Positions 1-7,924 of a stretch of 64,000 bases of DNA are shown piece after piece. The notes below the pieces were generated by a model that saw only the letters and a list, made by a program, of their open reading frames with translations, had not been told where the DNA came from and searched no databases. The stretch is from Pseudomonadota bacterium (GTDB lineage: Bacteria > Bdellovibrionota_G > JALEGL01 > DATDPG01), in assembly GCA_043809315.1 (NCBI GenBank), contig JAZDDX010000038.1:14159-78158 (forward strand), in the 5' to 3' direction. The position numbers and the translations under genes are program-made. Each line of letters begins with the position of its first letter. Position 1 is the first letter of the stretch.

Positions 1-48
1 CTTCGTTCAAAGATTGTACGGCGATGCCGGCCAGAACCCGGTGGCGGC

Positions 49-1182
49 TCAGGGGCGCAAGTAGTAGTTCTCCGGCTGGTCCGGTTCGCTCTTGCGCACA
101 AAGAGCCGGTAGCGGGCCGGAATCCCGAGCAGAACCCCGTGGATGTCGGTCAAGATCGGACGGGAGGCGTAATAGCCATGCCCCAGGCCACCGACCCCGA
201 GCGAAGGGGCGTCGATCTCCCCGACGTTGATGACGTCGATCCCCGACATCCTCTCGCACATCCCCATCCGCTGCTCGCCATTGTACCGCTCCGAAGCGGC
301 TAGGGCATTGTCGTTCCGCGAGCAGTAGAGCGTGATCCGATCCACGACGTTCAGGATCGAAACGGTGAGACTCTGAAACGCCCGGATCCCGATGTCCGGG
401 GCATTCAGGATCAGCTCCCCGACCCAGCGTTCCGGATCGGTTTGGGAGAGTTGGGCGAGCGCGGGGAGAACCACCTGGTGTCCCATCGAATGGACAAAGA
501 TATGAGCCCGCATGAGGTGGAACGACTTCAGCAATCGTAAGAGCTGAGCCAAGGCCGCGATACTCGCCTCGGCGTTGGCGCGGTTCAATCGATAGGTCTT
601 CGTGATCTTCATCCCCTCGAGTCCCCCGCTCGAGGCACCAGCGGGCCAGGAAAAGAGAAGCACCGGTCCCTGGAACTTGAGGTCGTATGCGAGCTGCGCC
701 GCGCGAAAGACCGCCTCCTCGAACTTGACGTTGAACCCGTGAACGAACAGGAGGAGGTCCGCCGGCTGCCGTTGCTGCAGCACCAGCTTTAAGGAGTTCT
801 CGCTCAGGTTGTCATGCGAGATGATTTGAAAGGTCCGGTCGGCTTCGGCCGAGGCACCGGTTTCGAGATTCCCCACCACGTGACGCTTCGGAACGTTCAC
901 GTGGCAGATCCCCATCACGATCTTCGAACCGGCTTCCGAGCCGAAGGTGTCGTCCGTGCAATCTCCGCGTCCCCCTGCAAGCACCCGGTTGGTCGCGAAG
1001 ATCACCGGCACCTCCCGGCTTTCGTCGTAGGAAGATCGCAGGAGCGGATCGAACCCCTCCCGCAACAGGCTCGAGCCGTAGATGCGATCGACGGAGGAAG
1101 GAGGAGACAGCGGAGCCTTCCCGGCACACGAAACCGCTAAAGCGAGAAGGAGGGAAAGAATGGACGGAGCGATGATGCGCAT
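49..1182 (-). CDS. DUF900-family alpha/beta hydrolase, lipoprotein-type signal peptide (LALAVSCAG), GHSMG nucleophile elbow
   Basis: 377-aa ORF with an N-terminal lipobox. It carries an HGFNVKFEEA...FVHSMGHQVV alpha/beta-hydrolase core typical of DUF900 esterases. Confidence 0.6.
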   Translation of the reverse strand: MRIIAPSILSLLLALAVSCAGKAPLSPPSSVDRIYGSSLLREGFDPLLRSSYDESREVPVIFATNRVLAGGRGDCTDDTFGSEAGSKIVMGICHVNVPKRHVVGNLETGASAEADRTFQIISHDNLSENSLKLVLQQRQPADLLLFVHGFNVKFEEAVFRAAQLAYDLKFQGPVLLFSWPAGASSGGLEGMKITKTYRLNRANAEASIAALAQLLRLLKSFHLMRAHIFVHSMGHQVVLPALAQLSQTDPERWVGELILNAPDIGIRAFQSLTVSILNVVDRITLYCSRNDNALAASERYNGEQRMGMCERMSGIDVINVGEIDAPSLGVGGLGHGYYASRPILTDIHGVLLGIPARYRLFVRKSEPDQPENYYLRP

Positions 1183-1274
1183 CGTTAGAACTCATACCCT
1201 GTCTCTAACCCATGGAAAATACAATACCCAGTTGACGGAGGGCTCCCCTTCTGGTCATCTGCTGCCCTTTCGAA

Positions 1275-2435
1275 ATGGACCGAATCTACCTCGACCACAA
1301 CGCCACCAGCCCGCTGCGTCCCGTTGTAACAGATGCGGTTACGAGCTTCGTTTCTCAACCGTTCGGAAACCCTTCGAGCATCCACGAAGAGGGGCGAAGA
1401 ACGCGGCAGGCGCTCGATCGGGCTCGTGAAGAGGTGGCCGCGTTTCTCGGGGTCCCGCCGGGAGAGATCGTCTTTACGTCGGGAGGGACCGAGGCAAACC
1501 ACCTGGCTTGGAATTCGTTCGCACGCCCAGACGCACGGATCGCAACCACGGCGGTCGAGCATCCGTCCATTCTCGCGGCGGCGGAATCTGCGGCGAAACG
1601 GGGAGCAACCATCGTTCACCTCGGCATCGACCGAAACGGTAAGCTGGACGAGGAAGCTCTTCGAAAGCTCATCGAAACCGGAGCCGACCTCCTCTCGATC
1701 CAGGCCGCCAACAACGAAACCGGCATTCTCTTCTCCGTCGATGAGATTATTCAAAAGGTTCGCGGAAAGGTCCGAACGATCCATGTCGACGCGGTCCAGG
1801 CGGTCGGGAAGATCGATCTCGACGGCACTGCCCTCGGCGCCGACCTGATCTCGATCTCCGGGCACAAGCTGGGGGCCCTGCCGGGAACCGGTGCACTTTA
1901 CGCACGCAAGGGGAGCCCGTTCGAGTCGATCTGGCAGGGAGGGCATCAGGAGAGGGGAAAACGGACCGGCACGGAGAACATTGTCGGGATCGTCGCGCTG
2001 GGAGCAGCCTGCCGTCATCTGTCGACTCACCGGGCGGAGGAAACCGAGCGGATCCAACGACTCCGCGACCGGTTCGAATCGGAGGTCCTCCGGAAGATTC
2101 CCGGCGCTCAAGTGACGGGGTTCGGCCGACCCCGCCTTCCCAACACCTCGCACATTCGGTTCGACGATCTCGACGGCGAATCGCTCCTGATCGCGGCCGA
2201 TCTTGAGGGGATTTCCTGCTCGGCGGGGGCGGCCTGCTCCTCCGGTTCGATCCAGCCTTCCCATGTTCTTCTCGCGATGGGGATGACCGAGGCCGAAGCG
2301 CGCGGCTCGATCCGTTTCTCCCTCGGGTGGAGCACGACGAAAAAGGAGGTGGCCCGGGCTTTGGAACTCCTCCCGCGACTGGTCACTCAGGTTCGCGAAA
2401 AGACGGAAAAAAGGGTACGAAAGGCGGCTTTATGA
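1275..2435 (+). CDS. Cysteine desulfurase (NifS/IscS, class V aminotransferase)
   Basis: The PLP-lysine motif SGHKLGALPG and the active-site Cys loop SAGAACSSGS are present. The stop overlaps the ccmE ATG (ATGA at 2432-2435). Confidence 0.85.
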   Translation: MDRIYLDHNATSPLRPVVTDAVTSFVSQPFGNPSSIHEEGRRTRQALDRAREEVAAFLGVPPGEIVFTSGGTEANHLAWNSFARPDARIATTAVEHPSILAAAESAAKRGATIVHLGIDRNGKLDEEALRKLIETGADLLSIQAANNETGILFSVDEIIQKVRGKVRTIHVDAVQAVGKIDLDGTALGADLISISGHKLGALPGTGALYARKGSPFESIWQGGHQERGKRTGTENIVGIVALGAACRHLSTHRAEETERIQRLRDRFESEVLRKIPGAQVTGFGRPRLPNTSHIRFDDLDGESLLIAADLEGISCSAGAACSSGSIQPSHVLLAMGMTEAEARGSIRFSLGWSTTKKEVARALELLPRLVTQVREKTEKRVRKAAL

Positions 2436-2860
2436 AAATACGGCAGACGAAATGGGTGATCGGGATCGCGCTTCTCGCGGTCGGGGTCGGAATCGTCCTC
2501 GCCACCAGCCTCCCGAAATCGATGCAATATTATGTCACGGTCGATGAACTCCTCGGTGCCAAGACGAAGTATGCCGGCAAGCCGATCAAGGTGGCCGGAA
2601 AGGTTGCGGCGGGATCGATCGAGAAGGTCGACAAGAACCTCCGGATGCGATTTCGAGTCGAGAACGGCGATCAGCAGGTTTGGGTGAACTACCGCGGACC
2701 GGTTCCCGATACGTTCAAGGAAGGGGCCGACGTGGTCGTGACCGGGACCTTCGCGCCGAACGAAGAGGTCGTGGCGACGGAGCTTTTGGCGAAGTGCTCT
2801 TCTAAATACGAGGAGAAGCTCGAGCCCGGGCTCGGGCAACCGGCATCAAAGGGACGCTGA
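2432..2860 (+). CDS. ccmE: Cytochrome c-type biogenesis haem chaperone CcmE
   Basis: N-terminal TM anchor followed by an OB-fold CcmE core (VNYRGPVPDTFKEGADVVVTGTF). The real ATG is at 2432; the track ORF at 2327 is an upstream extension overlapping nifS. Confidence 0.85.
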   Translation: MKIRQTKWVIGIALLAVGVGIVLATSLPKSMQYYVTVDELLGAKTKYAGKPIKVAGKVAAGSIEKVDKNLRMRFRVENGDQQVWVNYRGPVPDTFKEGADVVVTGTFAPNEEVVATELLAKCSSKYEEKLEPGLGQPASKGR

Positions 2861-2862
2861 TC

Positions 2863-4836
2863 ATGCCGTCGATCGGGAACATCCTCCTTCATCTGGCGCT
2901 GGTTGTCTCTGTCTACTCCGCCGTCCTATCGTTCGTCGGGGGGAAACGATCGATCCCCTGGCTGATCCGGAGCGCCCGGCAGGCGCTTTGGGGTTCGGCT
3001 GCGCTCGTCGTTTTCGCCACCTCTCTCCTTGTCGTCTGTTTCCTTCGGAACCGGTTCGACGTGCAGGCTGTCGCGGAATACTCCGACACCACGATGTCGA
3101 CCAGCTTCAAGGTGGCGGCCCTCTGGGGAGGAATGAACGGATCCCTCCTCTTCTGGGTCATGGTTCTGATGGTCTATGCCTCTCTCGTCGTCTACCAGCA
3201 CCGGAACCGGGGTTCTTCTATCCAGCCGTACGTCGTGACGACGCTCATGACGATCGCCACTTTTTTTCTCCTTCTCCTGGTCTTCACCTCGAACCCGTTC
3301 AAGACCTTCCCGTATGACGTGACCGAGGGGCGGGGGTTGAACCCGCTCCTTCAGAACTACTGGATGCTGATCCACCCTCCCGCCCTCTATCTTGGGTACG
3401 TCGGAATGAGCGTCCCGTTCGCCTTCGCGATCGCGGCGCTGATCGGAAAACGACTCGACAATCAGTGGATCCTCGACATCCGGAAGTGGACGCTGGCCGC
3501 CTGGTTCTTCCTGTCGCTCGGGAATCTCCTCGGCGCTCTCTGGGCATACGAGGTTCTGGGCTGGGGCGGGTACTGGGGTTGGGACCCGGTCGAGAACGCC
3601 TCCTTCCTCCCGTGGCTCACGGCGACCGCCCTCCTCCACTCGGTGATCGTCCAGGAGAAGCGCCAGATGCTCAAAGTCTGGAACATGGTTCTCGTGATCC
3701 TGTCGTTTCTCTTAACGATCACCGGGACGTACCTCACGAGATCGGGGGTGGTCTCCTCCGTCCACTCGTTCGGTCAATCGTCGATCGGGAACTATTTCTT
3801 GATCTTCATTTTCTTGTCTCTCGGGCTTTCCGTCGTCCTGCTCGTTGTCCGCCGGAAAGAGTTGCGGGGAGACGGCGAGCTCGACTCGTTCTTTTCCCGG
3901 GAAGCGGTGGTTCTTTTGAACAACCTCGTCTTCGTGGGGGCGACGGCCGCCGTTCTCTGGGGAACCCTTCTCCCGCTCATCACGCAGTGGACCCGGGGCG
4001 AGAAGATCGCCGTCGGCCCCGAGTATTTCAATCGGATCATGACGCCGATCGGTCTCCTGCTTCTCCTCTTAACCGCCGTCGGCCCGATGATCGGCTGGCG
4101 GAAGAATACGGTGGGAAAACTGGGGCGGGCTCTTCGTTGGCCTTTCGCCGCGGGACTCGCGACGGCGGTCGCCGTCCTGATCTTCGTCACGCAGTCGCCG
4201 TACGTCGTCCTCTCCTTCTCGCTCTGCACCGTCGGGATCGCGATGATCGGCCTCGAATACTGGGATGGAATCCGGTTCCGGATGCGCACCGCCCAAGAGA
4301 AGCCATGGACCGCCTTGGCGGCTCTTTTCGCCACCACCCCACGCCGGTACGGCGGGTACATCGTGCATTTCGGCGTGATCCTTCTCTTCATCGGCTTCAC
4401 CGGGAACTTCTTCCAGAAGGAGACGGAGCTTTCGCTGAAACCGCGTGAGATCACGACGTTCGGGTCGTACCAGATCCGGTTCGACGGCCTCCGATCCACG
4501 GAAGACCGGCAGAAAGAGAGCGTCATCGCGACCCTCGCCGTCTGGAGAAACAACCGACCGTACGCTTTCCTTCGCCCCTCCCGGTCGTTCTACAAGAACA
4601 AGATGGAGGGCGCCGAGCCGCAACAGAGCACCTTGGTCGCAATCAAGCGGTCGCTCTCCGAGGATCTCTACGTCGCTTTCATGGGGTACGACAACGACGA
4701 GCAGAAGCTCCTCGTGAAGGCGTTTATCAATCCCCTCGTGCAGTTCGTCTGGATCGGAGGGCTGATCCTGGTCCTCGGCCCCGTCCTTCTGATGTGGCCT
4801 CAAAAAAACGGGGGGCAGGAGTCGGGCCGTGCGTAG
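2863..4836 (+). CDS. ccmF: Cytochrome c-type biogenesis haem lyase CcmF
   Basis: 657-aa polytopic membrane protein. It contains the WWD motif WGGYWGWDPVENASFLPWL. Confidence 0.9.
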   Translation: MPSIGNILLHLALVVSVYSAVLSFVGGKRSIPWLIRSARQALWGSAALVVFATSLLVVCFLRNRFDVQAVAEYSDTTMSTSFKVAALWGGMNGSLLFWVMVLMVYASLVVYQHRNRGSSIQPYVVTTLMTIATFFLLLLVFTSNPFKTFPYDVTEGRGLNPLLQNYWMLIHPPALYLGYVGMSVPFAFAIAALIGKRLDNQWILDIRKWTLAAWFFLSLGNLLGALWAYEVLGWGGYWGWDPVENASFLPWLTATALLHSVIVQEKRQMLKVWNMVLVILSFLLTITGTYLTRSGVVSSVHSFGQSSIGNYFLIFIFLSLGLSVVLLVVRRKELRGDGELDSFFSREAVVLLNNLVFVGATAAVLWGTLLPLITQWTRGEKIAVGPEYFNRIMTPIGLLLLLLTAVGPMIGWRKNTVGKLGRALRWPFAAGLATAVAVLIFVTQSPYVVLSFSLCTVGIAMIGLEYWDGIRFRMRTAQEKPWTALAALFATTPRRYGGYIVHFGVILLFIGFTGNFFQKETELSLKPREITTFGSYQIRFDGLRSTEDRQKESVIATLAVWRNNRPYAFLRPSRSFYKNKMEGAEPQQSTLVAIKRSLSEDLYVAFMGYDNDEQKLLVKAFINPLVQFVWIGGLILVLGPVLLMWPQKNGGQESGRA

Positions 4837-5806
4837 AGCGATTCCGATCGCGGCTCTTCTGACGCTCTTTACCTCCGCTTCATTCGCGGCGGAGATCACC
4901 GGTCGAGTGGTGGAACGGGCACAAAAAGGGGAGCGGCCGGTGGGAAACCAGTCCGTCCGCCTCCAGATCCTTCGTGGAGAATCCGACCTCCAGTGGGCGG
5001 AGACGAAAACGTCGGCGGATGGCTCCTTCCGTTTCCGCAATCTCGTGCCGGATCGCGAACACATCCACGTCGTTCATCTCGACTATCAGGGGGTCCCGTT
5101 CAGCGCTCTTCCGGTCCGCTTCTCCGAGACCGATCGAACGATCCCCCTCCCCCCGTTTCGCGTTTACCCGGCCGTCGGGAAACCAGATCGGGTCGAAGCG
5201 AACGAGAAGTTGGTGATTGCGAGCGGCCGGGGTGACTCGCTCAAGCTCATCGAAACGATCACGTTCGTCAATCGCGGGGATCGGACCTACACGCCGCGCG
5301 CTCAAGGCGGGGTACCGATCGAGATCTCCCTGATCCGCGGCGGATTCGGCCTCGAACTGCTCGAAGGGTTCACCGAGGATTCGTTCGACATCGACTCCTC
5401 CGGGAACACCCTGCTCTTGAAGAAACCGATCCCCCCCGGCGATGAGAACCGCCTGCGGATCCGGTTTGCGTACTCCCTCCCGTACGAGACAAGAAATCTT
5501 TCGCTCTCGTTCCGGGCGAACATCGCCCGTTCCGGCCTGGACTTGATCCTAACGGGAGGTCCCTCGGGCCTTTCCAGCCTGCAACTCCACGTGCAGCCGA
5601 CGGCCCCGCAGGGGAAGAACGCATCCCGTGTCTATTCCGGAGGACCATTCCCGGCCGGGGAAATCATTCGCGCGGAGCTCACCGGTCTCTGGCCGGCGAA
5701 CCATGTGGGCTTTCTTTTCGTGTCTCTGGGAATTCTCGCGGTCTTCGTTTCGGCTGTCTTCCTTTGGTTCCGGGGCAACCGGAAAGGATCACGAAAGGGC
5801 TCATGA
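4829..5806 (+). CDS. Hypothetical periplasmic protein with N-terminal CarboxypepD_reg-like (transthyretin-like) domain and C-terminal TM anchor, embedded in the ccm operon
   Basis: Signal peptide, ITGRVVE...TSADGSFRFRNL fold signature and a C-terminal hydrophobic helix. It overlaps ccmF by 8 nt and ccmA by ATGA, and contains no cysteine. Confidence 0.55.
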   Translation: MRRAIPIAALLTLFTSASFAAEITGRVVERAQKGERPVGNQSVRLQILRGESDLQWAETKTSADGSFRFRNLVPDREHIHVVHLDYQGVPFSALPVRFSETDRTIPLPPFRVYPAVGKPDRVEANEKLVIASGRGDSLKLIETITFVNRGDRTYTPRAQGGVPIEISLIRGGFGLELLEGFTEDSFDIDSSGNTLLLKKPIPPGDENRLRIRFAYSLPYETRNLSLSFRANIARSGLDLILTGGPSGLSSLQLHVQPTAPQGKNASRVYSGGPFPAGEIIRAELTGLWPANHVGFLFVSLGILAVFVSAVFLWFRGNRKGSRKGS

Positions 5807-6438
5807 GCGGAACCGTTTCCCTTCGGAACGTCACGCGCATCTTCTCCTCGCGGTTCGCCCTGCGCGGGGTGAATCTGGAGGTCGCGCAGGGGGAGGCGGT
5901 GGCGTTGATCGGACCGAACGGGTCGGGGAAGACCACGCTTCTGCGGCTGATCTCCACCCTGCTCCGCCCGACCTCCGGTGAGATCCGGATCTTCGACCGG
6001 AATCCGACCCAAGAAGCGGCGGAGATCCGCCCGAAGATCGGAGTTCTTTTCGTCGAACAGTATCTCTACGGAGATCTGACCGTCCGGGAGAACCTCGAAC
6101 TTCATGCCGAGCTTCATCACATCCCCTCGAAGGAATCGACGATCTCGGGTTGGTTGGAACGGCTGAACCTCCGTCCTTTATCCCCGGAACCGGTGCGAAA
6201 CCTCTCGAAAGGGGAGAGACAGCGAACCGCGCTGACCCGCTGCTTGCTCCACGACCCCCCCCTGCTTCTCTGGGACGAACCGACGAGCGGCTTGGACGAA
6301 GCCGGCCGCACACTCCTGCGCGAGATCGCCCTTGAATCGAAGAGGAAAAAGACGGTGTTGTGCGCGACCCACGATCTCGAATCGATCGCCGGATGGGCCG
6401 ACCGGACGCTCACTCTAGAGGGGGGGCGCCTGCGATGA
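5803..6438 (+). CDS. ccmA: Haem exporter ABC ATPase CcmA
   Basis: Walker A GPNGSGKTT and the ABC signature LSKGERQR followed by LLLWDEPTSGLD. ATG at 5803 overlaps the upstream stop. Confidence 0.8.
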   Translation: MSGTVSLRNVTRIFSSRFALRGVNLEVAQGEAVALIGPNGSGKTTLLRLISTLLRPTSGEIRIFDRNPTQEAAEIRPKIGVLFVEQYLYGDLTVRENLELHAELHHIPSKESTISGWLERLNLRPLSPEPVRNLSKGERQRTALTRCLLHDPPLLLWDEPTSGLDEAGRTLLREIALESKRKKTVLCATHDLESIAGWADRTLTLEGGRLR

Positions 6439-7109
6439 GAGAGTTCTTGCGCGTGGTCCTCACCCTTTCGGAAAAAGATGTCCGTCTCGAGCTCCGCTCC
6501 AAGGAAGCGCTCTACTCGACGCTCCTGTTCGTCGTTCTGACGCTCTTCATCCTCAATTTCAGCTTCGGCTCAGCCGCCGAAACGGTCGAACGCCTCGCTC
6601 CCGGCATCCTCTGGGTCGTGATTTCTTTCGCCGGGACGATCGCCCTCTCTCACCTCGCCTCGCGCGACCGGGAGGACCGGGTGCAGGAGGGGATCCTCCT
6701 GTCGGGCGTCGGCGGAACTGCGATGTTCTGCGCGAAGTTCGTGAGCGCCCTCGTGTTCCTCCTTCTGATCGAGCTGATCACGGTCCCGTTGTTCGTCGTC
6801 TTCTTCAACTTCGACTTCGGAGCGACCCTCCCCCTGTTCCTGTCGGTCCTCGTGCTCGGAACGATCGGGTACGCGGCGGTCGGAACCCTCTTCGCCTCGC
6901 TTCTGTCCCAAACCCGGCTCAAAGAGCTGCTGCTCCCGGTCGTCTTTTATCCGGTGATCATCCCGCTCCTGATCGCCGCGGTTCAAGCCACGGCGAAGGT
7001 GTTGGCGGGAGAATCGGCCCGGGAACTGCTCTTCATGATCGGCTTTGACTTGATCTTGGTCACCGCCTCGGCCCTTCTTTTTGAATACGTGGTGGAGGAT
7101 CCCTCGTGA
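6435..7109 (+). CDS. ccmB: Haem exporter permease CcmB
   Basis: About 6-TM protein starting MREFLRVVLTLSEKDVRLELRS, typical of CcmB. ATGA overlap with ccmA. Confidence 0.8.
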   Translation: MREFLRVVLTLSEKDVRLELRSKEALYSTLLFVVLTLFILNFSFGSAAETVERLAPGILWVVISFAGTIALSHLASRDREDRVQEGILLSGVGGTAMFCAKFVSALVFLLLIELITVPLFVVFFNFDFGATLPLFLSVLVLGTIGYAAVGTLFASLLSQTRLKELLLPVVFYPVIIPLLIAAVQATAKVLAGESARELLFMIGFDLILVTASALLFEYVVEDPS

Positions 7110-7765
7110 AACTGAAACTTTCGGCCATCGCCGCCCTCTTCGTGGCATTCGGAACGATCTTTTTCTATGCGCCGGTCGAGGCGCAGCAGGGGATCGTGCA
7201 GAAAATTTTCTACGTCCATGTCGCCTGCGCCATGACGATGTACGTCGGGTTCGCCACGGCCTTCGTCTCCTCCCTTCTCTATCTCGCCGACCGCCGCGAG
7301 AAATATGACGAAATCGCCGTCTCGGGGGCCGAGGTCGGCTTTTTCTTCTGCACGATCGTTCTCTCAACCGGTCTGGTTTGGGCGAAACCGATCTGGGGGG
7401 CTTGGTGGACCTGGGATCCGCGCCTGACGACGACGCTCCTCGTCTGGCTTCTGTACGCGTCGTATCTCGTCCTTCGCGGATACCTCCGGGACTCGCCGCG
7501 CAAGGGAACGGTGAGCGCCATCGTGGCGATCATCGCCGCACTCGACATTCCGCTCCTCCATTTCTCCGTCCGGATCTGGCGCGGCATGCACCCGACCGTC
7601 GTGTCCGGTCAGGGGGGCGGGATCTCCCCCGCGATGAAGCTCACCCTTCTCGTGACTCTGGGGGCAATGCTTCTCCTCTTCGCGGCTCTCTTTTCCCTCC
7701 GTCTCCGCCTGGAGCGGAGCCGGAACCATCTCGCGCGGATCCAACTCGAACGGCAGGAGGTCTGA
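7106..7765 (+). CDS. ccmC: Haem exporter protein CcmC
   Basis: WWD domain WGAWWTWDPRLTTT in a 219-aa polytopic protein. Confidence 0.85.
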   Translation: MKLKLSAIAALFVAFGTIFFYAPVEAQQGIVQKIFYVHVACAMTMYVGFATAFVSSLLYLADRREKYDEIAVSGAEVGFFFCTIVLSTGLVWAKPIWGAWWTWDPRLTTTLLVWLLYASYLVLRGYLRDSPRKGTVSAIVAIIAALDIPLLHFSVRIWRGMHPTVVSGQGGGISPAMKLTLLVTLGAMLLLFAALFSLRLRLERSRNHLARIQLERQEV

Positions 7766-7903
7766 ATGGAAAAACTCAACTACCTGATCGCCGCCTATTT
7801 CATCTTTTGGCTCGCGACGGCGGTTTACCTCGTGACGATCGGCCGGAGGCAGAGGGAAATCGAACGTGTCATCCATCGTCTGTCGGGGGAGAAGAAAAGC
7901 TAG
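7766..7903 (+). CDS. ccmD: Haem exporter protein CcmD (45 aa, single TM)
   Basis: ATG follows the ccmC stop directly. MEKLNYLIAAYFIFWLATAVYLVTIGRRQREIE matches the CcmD pattern of a hydrophobic helix then RRQ. It is below the 60-aa cutoff of the ORF track. Confidence 0.6.
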   Translation: MEKLNYLIAAYFIFWLATAVYLVTIGRRQREIERVIHRLSGEKKS

Positions 7904-7924
7904 AAAATCCGGGCCGTCACCGTC

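Noticed and set aside
1185-2264. 359-aa minus-strand ORF
   Set aside because: It is antisense to the NifS-like gene, with no features.
2327-2431. N-terminal 35-codon extension of the ccmE ORF
   Set aside because: It overlaps the end of nifS in another frame. The ATG at 2432 gives the canonical CcmE TM start and an ATGA coupling.
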